A stretch of 45,233 bases of DNA from a bacterium (GTDB taxonomy: Bacteria; Patescibacteriota; Patescibacteriia; Patescibacteriales; GWC2-42-12), in the NCBI GenBank assembly GCA_030650415.1, contig JAUSEG010000012.1, forward strand, positions 1 to 45,233. The letters run 5' to 3'. The translations under genes and the position numbers were made by a program. Under the pieces are notes generated by a model. It was not told the origin of the DNA. It was given only the letters and a program-made list of their open reading frames with translations, and searched no databases. Below, one piece after another: positions 36,350 through 45,016 of this stretch (position 1 is its first letter; the number at the start of each line of letters is the position of its first letter).

Positions 36350-37246
36350 TTAGTTCAACGCAGTTTTGATTGCTTCGTGGAGTTTAATCGTCTCGCGACG
36401 CGCCGCTTCGGCGAAGTCTTCGCCCGCTGAGGCGAAAATAATACCGCGCGAGGAGTTGATGATCATGCCCCGCCCTCGGTTGTCCCTACCGGCTTTGACT
36501 GTCTTCTCCAGATCTCCGCCTTGCGCGCCGATGCCGGGAATAAGAATCGGCATATTGCCGACGATTTCTCGCACTTCGGCCAGCTCATCAGGATAAGTCG
36601 CCCCGACCACGACGGCGCAATTGCCGTTATTATTCCATTTGCACGCAACATTATACGCGACACGTTGATATAACGGGATGGTGCTTGAAGTAAAATCCCG
36701 GCTTGCGTCTCCTCCTTGTACGGGTGGTCTGACCAGTATAGGCACAGGCAGATCCTGAAACTCGCCCGCGCCCTTGTTCGAGGTCCGGCAGAGCACGATG
36801 ATGCCCTTGTTCGCTCGCTTGAGAAATGGCTCGAGCGCTTCTTGCCCAAGATACGGGTGAACGGTAATCGCGTCGGCTTTGAAATAATCGAAGGCCGCCA
36901 CCGCATAGCCGTTGTTGGTGTTACCGATGTCGGCGCGTTTCGCGTCGAGAATCACCGGCACGTCCGGCGCCGCTTCGCGAATGTAAAAAATGGTTTTGAG
37001 GAGCGCGTTAAGACCGCTGGTACCGCAGGATTCATAAAAAGCCATGTTCGACTTGTAAGCGCAGACGACGTCCTTGGTGGCGTTCACGATAGCGCGATTA
37101 AAGGCTGCGATAGCGTCGCTGGAGCTAATCGCCTTCTCTCGTACGAACAGGGGGATTTTGTCGAGCTCGCTGTCGAGTCCTACGCAGACTAAATTGCCTC
37201 GAGTCCATTGAGCTTCGAGCAGTTGGTTGAAGTTTCTTTCACTCAT
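36350..37246 (-). CDS. pyrF: Orotidine-5'-phosphate decarboxylase
   Basis: CVGLD, LDAKRADIGNT, TVHPYLG, RTSN, VVGAT, PGIGAQGG, INSSR. Confidence 0.95.
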   Translation of the reverse strand: MSERNFNQLLEAQWTRGNLVCVGLDSELDKIPLFVREKAISSSDAIAAFNRAIVNATKDVVCAYKSNMAFYESCGTSGLNALLKTIFYIREAAPDVPVILDAKRADIGNTNNGYAVAAFDYFKADAITVHPYLGQEALEPFLKRANKGIIVLCRTSNKGAGEFQDLPVPILVRPPVQGGDASRDFTSSTIPLYQRVAYNVACKWNNNGNCAVVVGATYPDELAEVREIVGNMPILIPGIGAQGGDLEKTVKAGRDNRGRGMIINSSRGIIFASAGEDFAEAARRETIKLHEAIKTALN

Positions 37247-37413
37247 AGCTGTCTTTCTGTGTTTTTGTTTGTTTCAGTTTTCAAAGGGCGATAAGCCAAG
37301 CATCCGCCTGGCCCCTCCTTTTGATATGCCTAAATTACCCTAAATCTAAGAAAAAAGCAAATACAAAAACAGCCCACATTAAATAGGCTGTTCTAAACTT
37401 AACTGACTAATCG

Positions 37414-37498
37414 TGGTGCAGGCGGAGAGACTCGAACTCTCATGGATTGCTCCACTAGCTCCTAAGGCTAGCGCGTATACCAATTCCGCCACGCCTGC
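37414..37498 (-). tRNA. tRNA-Leu(TAG), CCA encoded
   Basis: GCAGGCG acceptor stem, anticodon arm CTAGC-CTTAGGA-GCTAG, long variable arm, GTTCGAGT T-loop. Confidence 0.97.
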
Positions 37499-37597
37499 GC
37501 GTTGTCTCATTTTTCATTATTCGCGATTTTTTGTCAATTATCATCTTTATTCCCATTATATCAAAGATTATGTTATTATTATAATATAATTAAATAA

Positions 37598-37712
37598 ACC
37601 CCATGAAATAATTTTACTTTGAAGTAAAATTCCCGTTTACGGGATTTCACGGGGTTCACCCCATGAAATAATTTTACTTTGAAGTAAAATTCCCGTTTAC
37701 GGGATTTCACGG
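37598..37712. repeat. Tandem duplication (60-bp period) of a branched CCCCATGAAAT..ATTTCACGGGG element
   Basis: Two identical 55-bp copies at 37598-37652 and 37658-37712. Confidence 0.9.
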
Positions 37713-37727
37713 AATAAACATAAAAAT

Positions 37728-38045
37728 ATGGATAACAAAAAAACAATTAAGCCGGGAACTGATCGGGATATAGAGGATAATAAAGTTATGGCCGCCTTTT
37801 CCTATATCTGGATCTTATTTTTAATTCCCTTGCTCCTAAAAAAAGATTCAAAATTCTGTCAGTTTCATGCCAAGCAGGGATTAATTCTTTTTCTCTTGAG
37901 TTTTATTACCTGGTTTCCGGTTCTTGGCTGGCTAATCGGTCTGGCGATTATTGTCGTCTCGGTCGTAAGCATCGTTAAAACTTTGGCCGGAGAGCAATGG
38001 GAAATACCGTTTATCTACGATTTAAGCAAAAAAATTAATTTATAA
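37728..38045 (+). CDS. DUF4870-like small membrane protein
   Basis: NK..AA.SY...L.LIPL..KKDS.F..FHAKQG. Confidence 0.8.
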   Translation: MDNKKTIKPGTDRDIEDNKVMAAFSYIWILFLIPLLLKKDSKFCQFHAKQGLILFLLSFITWFPVLGWLIGLAIIVVSVVSIVKTLAGEQWEIPFIYDLSKKINL

Positions 38046-38052
38046 TTAACCT

Positions 38053-38209
38053 TGTCATTGCGAGAAACTCCCCCTCTTGTCATTCTGGAGGGAGGAGCGT
38101 TAGCGACGACCGATAGAATCCCATGGAAAGCACTCTAACATATGAGATGCTATCGCTCCACTTCGTTTCGCTCCAGCATGACAAAATAAAATGTTCGCTC
38201 GCAATGACA
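38053..38209. repeat. Nested TGTCAT element (outer GCGAG type, inner CTGGAG type)
   Basis: Outer 38053-38209, inner 38078-38183. Confidence 0.9.
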
Positions 38210-38224
38210 ATAAAAAAATAATCT

Positions 38225-40627
38225 ATGCCAGAAAACAAATTCATTAAATTTTTCGAAGAAACCACTATTAAGGATGTGCCGTTAGTCGGAGGAAAAAACG
38301 CCTCTCTCGGCGAAATGTATAAAAACCTGGCCGGCCAGGGCATAAAAGTGCCGAACGGCTTCGCCACCACTTCGGCCGCCTATAACTACCTTCTGGAACA
38401 AACCGATTTAAAAGCCGGCATTAAAAAAATCTTGGACGGTTTAAACACGCGGAACGTTACCGATCTGGGCAAGCGCGGCGCGGCCGTTAGAAAATTAATT
38501 ATCGCTACCGAATTCCCCGATGATCTGAAGCAAGCCATTTTAGAAAGCTACAAAAAATTATCCGAATTTTATAAAACTAAAAATCTGCATGTCGCGGTTA
38601 GATCGAGCGCCACGGCCGAAGATCTACCCGACGCATCGTTTGCTGGCCAGCAGGAAACCTTTTTAAATGTTTCGGGCGAAGCCGAACTGCTCTTAATGGT
38701 AAAAAAATGCCTCGCTTCCTTATTTACTAACCGCGCCATCTCCTACCGCGTAGACAAAGGCTTTGATCATTTTCAAATCGCTTTGTCCGTGGGCGTGCAG
38801 AAAATGATCCGTTCCGATTTAGCCGCCTCGGGCGTAACCTTTACCATTGACACCGAGTCGGGCTTTAGCAACGTAGTCCTCGTCAGTTCTATTTACGGCT
38901 TGGGCGAAAATATCGTCCAGGGTAAAGTTGATCCGGACGAATTCTATGTTTTTAAACCCACTAAAACCATCATTTCTCGCTCTTTAAGCAAAAAAAATAT
39001 TAAAATGATTTACAGTTCTAATCCCAAGCGTCCGGTTAAGGATGTAAAAGTGCCATTAAGCGATCAACGCAAGCAATCTATCACCGACGCGCAAGTTCTG
39101 AAACTGGCCGATTGGGCCATGCAGATTGAAAAGCATTATGGCCGAGCCATGGATATAGAATGGGCTTTGGACGGCCGAGATAACGAACTATATATTATCC
39201 AGGCCAGACCGGAAACTATCCATAGCGTTCGTGATTACAGCGTGATTGAAGAATATGTTTTAGAAAAAAAATCTTTACCCCATAAAGGAACTTCACGGGG
39301 CAAAATTATTTCTACCGGCCGAAGCGTGGGCAATCGCATCGGCGCCGGAACCGCCAATCGAATTATGGACATATCCAGTATCGCGAAATTCAAACCAGGC
39401 GAAGTTCTGGTTACCGATATGACCGATCCGGACTGGGAGCCGATTATGAAAATCGCCTCGGCTATCGTGACCGACAAGGGCGGACGCACCTGCCACGCGG
39501 CCATCGTTTCCAGGGAGCTGGGCATTCCTTGCGTCGTCGGTACGGGTGATGTTTCTAGAAAAGTTAAAACCGGCCAAGCCGTAACCGTTAGTTGCGCCGA
39601 GGGCGACATGGGCTTCGTTTACGAGGGCAAGCTGCCGTTTAAAATCAATCAGACCAGCATTAAAAATCTGGCCAAACCGAAGACTAAGATCATGATGAAT
39701 ATCGGTTCGCCGGATATTGCCTTCTTATCGTCCTTTATTCCTAATGATGGCGTGGGGCTGGCGCGCGAAGAATTTATTATTAATGATCAGATAAAAATTC
39801 ATCCTCTGGCGCTCATAAATTATCCGAAGTCAAAGGACAAAAAAGCCAAAAAGAAAATTGACGAGTTAACCGCCGGCTATAAGGACAAAAAACAGTATTA
39901 TATTGATAAGCTGGCGCAAGGCATGGCCATAATTTCCGCCGCCTTTTATCCTAAGGATGTAATTATCAGATTTTCCGATTTTAAAACCAACGAATACGCG
40001 AACCTAATCGGCGGCGCCGAGTATGAGCCGGTTGAATCCAACCCGATGATCGGCTGGCGCGGCGCTTCGCGCTATTACACGCCGGAATTTAAGCCGGCCT
40101 TTGAACTGGAGTGCTTGGCTATAAAAAAAGTCCGGAATGAGATGAAGCTGACCAATCTAAAAGCCATGGTGCCGTTCTGCCGTACCATTAAAGAAGCCGA
40201 GCAGGTGATAAAAATTATTGCCGACAACGGCTTAAAGCAAGGTGAAAACGGCTTTGAATTATATTGCATGGTGGAAATACCGTCCAACGTCATTCTGGCC
40301 GAAGAATTCGCTAAACTCTACGATGGCTTTTCCATCGGCTCTAACGACCTAACCCAACTAACGCTCGGCGTTGACCGCGACAGCTCGCTGGTCAGCAAAG
40401 TCTATGATGAAAACAATTTGGCGATAAAGAAATTAATTAAGCTCGCCATTAAAGTCGCCAAACAAACCGGCACGAAGATCGGCATCTGCGGCCAAGCCCC
40501 GTCCGATTTCCCCGAATTCGCCCAATTCCTGGTGGAATGCGGCATAGACAGCATTTCCCTAAACCCGGACACGGTTATAAAAACCACTCTAGCCATACTG
40601 GAAACGGAAAAGAAGCTGGGCAAATAA
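38225..40627 (+). CDS. ppsA: Phosphoenolpyruvate synthase
   Basis: VGGKNASLGEM, AVRSSATAEDLPDASFAGQQET, GGRTCHAAIVSRELG, SIGSNDLTQL. Confidence 0.97.
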   Translation: MPENKFIKFFEETTIKDVPLVGGKNASLGEMYKNLAGQGIKVPNGFATTSAAYNYLLEQTDLKAGIKKILDGLNTRNVTDLGKRGAAVRKLIIATEFPDDLKQAILESYKKLSEFYKTKNLHVAVRSSATAEDLPDASFAGQQETFLNVSGEAELLLMVKKCLASLFTNRAISYRVDKGFDHFQIALSVGVQKMIRSDLAASGVTFTIDTESGFSNVVLVSSIYGLGENIVQGKVDPDEFYVFKPTKTIISRSLSKKNIKMIYSSNPKRPVKDVKVPLSDQRKQSITDAQVLKLADWAMQIEKHYGRAMDIEWALDGRDNELYIIQARPETIHSVRDYSVIEEYVLEKKSLPHKGTSRGKIISTGRSVGNRIGAGTANRIMDISSIAKFKPGEVLVTDMTDPDWEPIMKIASAIVTDKGGRTCHAAIVSRELGIPCVVGTGDVSRKVKTGQAVTVSCAEGDMGFVYEGKLPFKINQTSIKNLAKPKTKIMMNIGSPDIAFLSSFIPNDGVGLAREEFIINDQIKIHPLALINYPKSKDKKAKKKIDELTAGYKDKKQYYIDKLAQGMAIISAAFYPKDVIIRFSDFKTNEYANLIGGAEYEPVESNPMIGWRGASRYYTPEFKPAFELECLAIKKVRNEMKLTNLKAMVPFCRTIKEAEQVIKIIADNGLKQGENGFELYCMVEIPSNVILAEEFAKLYDGFSIGSNDLTQLTLGVDRDSSLVSKVYDENNLAIKKLIKLAIKVAKQTGTKIGICGQAPSDFPEFAQFLVECGIDSISLNPDTVIKTTLAILETEKKLGK

Positions 40628-40634
40628 AGAAAAT

Positions 40635-41492
40635 ATGTTTCTGTTTAATTTTCTCCATACCTTTAACCCCTCTCCAATCTTAATTTCTCTCGGACCAATT
40701 CATGTCTATTGGTATGGTTTTTTTATTGTCTTAGGAGTATTAGCCGCCTTGACCGTGACCATACGCTTGGCCAAATTTTATCAAATCAAAACTGACACCA
40801 TCATTGACTTGGCTCTCTGGCTGGTTGTCGGCGGCATCATGGGCGCTAGAATTTACGACATTTTCTTGGAATGGCCGTACTTCTCCGCCCACCCTCTGGA
40901 TATCTTAAAAATCTGGCAAGGCGGTTTAGCGATTCATGGCGCGATTATCGGGGGATTGATCGCGCTCTGGCTGTTCGTCAAAAAATACTCCGCCCAGGTA
41001 AATTTCTGGCAGCTGGCGGCCATCTTCGCTACCGTCTTGCCCTTGGCCCAGGCCATTGGCCGCTGGGGAAATTATTTTAATCAGGAACTCTTCGGCTATC
41101 CGACTAATCTGCCCTGGGGCATACCCATAGATATGACTCACCGACCTTGGCAGTATCTTAATTCCGAATATTTCCACCCGGCGTTTTTATATGAGTCACT
41201 TGGCAATTTACTAATATTTTTAATTTTACTATCACTGCAAATTTGGCTTATAAAGAAATCAAGGAGTCTTGGGTTGCGAGCTATGAGCTACGAGCTATGC
41301 GTTGTGAGTTACGCGATTTTTTATTCTTTGCTCCGCTTTTCCATGGAATTTATTAGAATTGACCCTACCCCGGTTATCTTGGGCTGGCGCCTGCCACAGC
41401 TAGCCAGTTTCATAATTATCATCGCCTGCCTAATTTATTTAGGGCTAAAATTCGGCCGCCAGAACAAGAATAACCCAGCTCTTGAAAAATAA
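40635..41492 (+). CDS. lgt: Prolipoprotein diacylglyceryl transferase
   Basis: WYG, GAR.Y, GGLAIHG, IGRWGNYFNQE, HP.FLYE, RF..EF.R. Confidence 0.95.
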   Translation: MFLFNFLHTFNPSPILISLGPIHVYWYGFFIVLGVLAALTVTIRLAKFYQIKTDTIIDLALWLVVGGIMGARIYDIFLEWPYFSAHPLDILKIWQGGLAIHGAIIGGLIALWLFVKKYSAQVNFWQLAAIFATVLPLAQAIGRWGNYFNQELFGYPTNLPWGIPIDMTHRPWQYLNSEYFHPAFLYESLGNLLIFLILLSLQIWLIKKSRSLGLRAMSYELCVVSYAIFYSLLRFSMEFIRIDPTPVILGWRLPQLASFIIIIACLIYLGLKFGRQNKNNPALEK

Positions 41493-41600
41493 ACAACGCC
41501 GTGCTAATATAATTGAGACTTAGACAAATCACATCATATTAAAAATTATTTATCCCGTTTCAACGGGACAAAATTTAAAAATTAAAAATTTTATTTATCT

Positions 41601-41870
41601 ATGCCTAATTCAAAGTCAGCGGAAAAAAATCTGTGTAAATCAATCAAACATCGCCAAGCCAATGCCAAAATTGAAAATAATCTAAAAGATTTAATCAAAA
41701 AGGGCCGTAAATTAATTGAAGCTAAGGACGGTCAAGCTAAAGATTTGGTGGCTAAAATTTTAGTGGCGATCGATAAAGCGGCGCAAAAAGGCGTCATCAA
41801 AAAAAATACGCGCGACCGCAAGAAATCAAGACTGCAAAAAAAATTCAACCAAGCTTTTAAAAAAGCTTAA
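41601..41870 (+). CDS. rpsT: 30S ribosomal protein S20
   Basis: MPN.KSA.K, IDKAAQKGVIKKN..RKKSRL. Confidence 0.93.
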   Translation: MPNSKSAEKNLCKSIKHRQANAKIENNLKDLIKKGRKLIEAKDGQAKDLVAKILVAIDKAAQKGVIKKNTRDRKKSRLQKKFNQAFKKA

Positions 41871-41951
41871 TAACAAAAAACTGTAATCATATTTAGTATA
41901 ATATTAAATATATTACAATTTCTTGTAAGCCGCTCTTTAAATAAACGTTTA

Positions 41952-41981
41952 ATACAAAAACCCCTAAACAGGGGTTTTTGT
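41952..41981. terminator. Bidirectional terminator
   Basis: ACAAAAACCCCT-aaac-AGGGGTTTTTGT. Confidence 0.75.
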
Positions 41982-41992
41982 GTATTGTCTAC

Positions 41993-42148
41993 TGTCATTG
42001 CGAGAAATATAATTTACATTTGTCATTCCCGCGCAGGCGGGAATCCAGAAACGGGGTTTTTACTGTTCACTCCTGGATTCCCGCCTGCGCGGGAATGACA
42101 GAGGAGAAAATTTGCTTCCCCCGGCTCAAGGCCGGAGTCGCAATGACA
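41993..42148. repeat. Nested TGTCAT element (outer GCGAG type, inner CCCGC type)
   Basis: Inner perfect 28-bp inverted pair at 42021-42048 and 42073-42100. Confidence 0.92.
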
Positions 42149-42158
42149 ATTAACCAAT

Positions 42159-43214
42159 TTACATCCTCGCTATCAGCATATTAAGCCCAGTTAGATAATC
42201 ACGCTGACCGGATTTAGCCAAGTAATCAATTTCCGTTAGTTGGCTAAAAATCTTTTTTAAAACCGGCAAGCTGAAATTCCTCGCCTGTTCCAGGCCCTTT
42301 TGCAGAACAAAGGGGTGCAACTTTATTTGCGTGGAGATTTGGCGAGAACTTAAGCCCGCGTCAAGCGCCTGTCTTAACTGAAGTAGAATTCTGAACTGCC
42401 TGACAAACATATTTAATAAATAAGGACCCTCTAAACCGGCCTCAATCTGCTCATCCAATAATTTAATGGCCAATGGCTTATTTTTAGCGCTAAGCGCGTC
42501 GGTTAAGGCGAAAACATTATCGCTAAAATTGCCGCGCGTTAAATTTTTTACATCCAAAGTTTCAATTTCTAAAATAGATTCAGTTAATCTTCCGGCCTGC
42601 TTAAAACTCAACAATTTATCTATTTCACTGCTGATTTGCCAGCCTGCCTGTCCGGCAGGCAGGCCGTCCGAACCGACCAAGCCAACTAAAGTCGCCGCCG
42701 CCTCGGCGCTAATTTTACCGCCGCGATTAGCGACTTCCTTTTTTACCCAGCTGGCCAGTTCGACATGGCTTAATAAATTAAAATTATAGGTATATTTCTG
42801 CTTAACTAAAAATTTAAACAACTCAGACGATTTTTTGTTTAGCGGCTTGTCCTGGCCGGAAGGATCAATTAAAAATGGCAACAAAAGATTTTTAATCTTT
42901 TTAATCTTAAGATTTGACTCCCAAAAAATAATAATGTTGTCGCTCTGTTCTTTCTCCTTTAAATAATCGTGAAGTTTCTCGAACATTGCCTGATCTTTGC
43001 CGGCAAAAATATCCTCAATAATAATCAGGCGCTTTTTAGAAAGCAGCGAAGAAGCGCCGATGGCGGACGTTATATCGGAAAAATTCGCCTTGGCGCCGGC
43101 GATTGTCTTAAGGCCGCTCCCCAGTTTATCTACTTCTCGGAGATACTTATCCCTTAATTCATTTAATTTTAAACGGCTTCTGAAATTGTCTTCACCGTAA
43201 AGAAAAACGATCAT
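42159..43214 (-). CDS. holA: DNA polymerase III delta subunit
   Basis: IFLYGED.F, EIDKL, VFALTDAL, QFR.LL, LHPFV..K, ID...KSG. Confidence 0.9.
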   Translation of the reverse strand: MIVFLYGEDNFRSRLKLNELRDKYLREVDKLGSGLKTIAGAKANFSDITSAIGASSLLSKKRLIIIEDIFAGKDQAMFEKLHDYLKEKEQSDNIIIFWESNLKIKKIKNLLLPFLIDPSGQDKPLNKKSSELFKFLVKQKYTYNFNLLSHVELASWVKKEVANRGGKISAEAAATLVGLVGSDGLPAGQAGWQISSEIDKLLSFKQAGRLTESILEIETLDVKNLTRGNFSDNVFALTDALSAKNKPLAIKLLDEQIEAGLEGPYLLNMFVRQFRILLQLRQALDAGLSSRQISTQIKLHPFVLQKGLEQARNFSLPVLKKIFSQLTEIDYLAKSGQRDYLTGLNMLIARM

Positions 43215-43282
43215 ACATGCTTGTTAAATTATTTAAATTTTGCTAATCTGATAGTATAACTATTTAAGCTCAAGTTTCAATT

Positions 43283-43456
43283 ATGCAAACCCACCAATGC
43301 CCGGTCTGCTCAAGCGACATTATCATTGAAGAAGGTTCTGCCGAAAAAGACTTAGTCAGTTGCTTGAACTGCTCGACCGAGCTGGAAATTGTCACTCTGC
43401 ATCCGCTGCTCCTCGAACCTCTGGCAGATTCAGCCGAAGAAAAAATCGATGAATAA
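43283..43456 (+). CDS. LysW-like zinc-ribbon protein, 57 aa (absent from ORF track)
   Basis: MQTHQCPVCSSDIIIEEGSAEKDLVSCLNCSTELEIVTLHPLLLEPLADSAEEKIDE. Confidence 0.72.
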   Translation: MQTHQCPVCSSDIIIEEGSAEKDLVSCLNCSTELEIVTLHPLLLEPLADSAEEKIDE

Positions 43457-43539
43457 AATTCGTCAGGCTACGGCCAGATCTCGCGTAGCGAGACAAATTT
43501 CAACGCTATAAATCCAATAAAGCCGCGATGGCTTTGTTT

Positions 43540-44985
43540 TTATTTTAAATTAAAAACTTCTTGTTTAAACAAATCGCCTCTTTCTTTGTAATTTTTAAAC
43601 ATACCGAAACTGGCGCAAGCCGTGGATAATAAAACCACCTCGCCAGGCCGTGTTTCAACTCCAGCGGCTTTAACCGCCGCCTTAATGCTATTTACTAATT
43701 TCGTTTTATCTTCTTTAATCCCAACTTTTAACAACTCGGCTTTTATTCTCGGCGTAGCATCGCCGTTTAATAAAATCGCAAGCTTCACGCGTTTTTTAAC
43801 CTCTCCGGCCAACCCTTTAAAATTCGCGCCCTTATCGGCTCCGCCTAAGAGTAAAATTATCGGAGCGGAAAAAGACTTTAAAGCGATGATGGTTGCTTCG
43901 GGTGTAGTCGCAAAACTATCATCATAATATTTTACTCCATTAATCTCGCGCGCCAATTCCAAACGATGGGGCAACCCCTTAAAATTCGCCACCGCTTTTT
44001 TTATATCTGCTTTTTTTATACCGACGATTTTTGCCGCCTCGACGGCCGCCGCAATATTTTCTTTATTATGCTCGCCAAGAAGAGAGGTGTGAATTATTGA
44101 ACCTGCCTGCCGGCAGGCAGGTAATGAATTATGGTTATTAAGCTTACATTTTATTTTTTGTTCGTCAAGCCAAAAACAATTAGCTTTCTGACTTCTTGCG
44201 CTAAAAGTAAATATTTTGCCTTTTAATTCATGATTCATAATTCCTAATTCATAATTCAAAACCGCCTTATCTTCCGGTTTTTGATATTTAACAATATTCA
44301 TCTTAGCCGCCCAATATTTTTCTAACGTTCTATGATAATTCGGATTGTTCGGATCGGCCGGCGCTAAATGCTCCGGATATAGGTTGGTAATTACGGCGAT
44401 TCGAGGGCTAACCGTCATATCTTCAAGCTGAAAAGAGGAGAGCTCTAAAACTACCCAATCATTTTTTTTAATTTTATCAATAAACTCAAACGGCGCTACG
44501 CCGATATTACCGCCCAGCCAGGCTTTTTTACCGGCAGTTTTTAATATTTCATAGATTAAGCTGGCGGTTGTGCCCTTGCCCTTGGTTCCGGTCACGCCGA
44601 TGATATTCTTGCTTGGGCAGAGATCAAAAAATAGCTTCATCGGGCTGGATAATGTTCTGCCCCCTTTAATAAAGACCCGTCTCGTCTTCGGCTTGCCGAG
44701 GTGGAGGGGCAGGGGGGATTTAATTTTCAGCGCTCGTTGCACCCCCGGGCAATCTATCGGCCAGCCCGGGGCGCGAAACAAAATATCAAATTTATCTAAA
44801 TTTTTATTGTAACCACTGCCTAGTTGCCAAAAAACCGGCAATTCATTCTTTGTGCCCGCGCGCGCGTCGCAAACCGTTATCTCACATTTCACTTTATGCT
44901 TTAACAAATATTTAATCAGGGCCGAGTTTTCCAAGCCCAAGCCCAAAATTCCAATTTTTTTGTTATTTAGAGAATTTATGGTCAT
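43540..44985 (-). CDS. murD: UDP-MurNAc-L-Ala:D-Glu ligase with three in-frame repeat insertions
   Basis: GVTGTKGKGTT, GGNIG, LELSSFQL, F.GLPHRLE, DDS.ATT, GGADKG, ASFGMF.NY.ERG. Confidence 0.95.
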   Translation of the reverse strand: MTINSLNNKKIGILGLGLENSALIKYLLKHKVKCEITVCDARAGTKNELPVFWQLGSGYNKNLDKFDILFRAPGWPIDCPGVQRALKIKSPLPLHLGKPKTRRVFIKGGRTLSSPMKLFFDLCPSKNIIGVTGTKGKGTTASLIYEILKTAGKKAWLGGNIGVAPFEFIDKIKKNDWVVLELSSFQLEDMTVSPRIAVITNLYPEHLAPADPNNPNYHRTLEKYWAAKMNIVKYQKPEDKAVLNYELGIMNHELKGKIFTFSARSQKANCFWLDEQKIKCKLNNHNSLPACRQAGSIIHTSLLGEHNKENIAAAVEAAKIVGIKKADIKKAVANFKGLPHRLELAREINGVKYYDDSFATTPEATIIALKSFSAPIILLLGGADKGANFKGLAGEVKKRVKLAILLNGDATPRIKAELLKVGIKEDKTKLVNSIKAAVKAAGVETRPGEVVLLSTACASFGMFKNYKERGDLFKQEVFNLK

Positions 44986-45016
44986 ATCAGGTAGTGATTA
45001 CCATTAACTATTGTTT

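Noticed and set aside
37414-37498. tRNA-Leu as the island integration site
   Set aside because: No duplicate of its 3' end was seen, and it does not match the CYGACCCA core.
37598-37712. CRISPR array
   Set aside because: Only two near-adjacent copies, no unique spacers, no cas genes.
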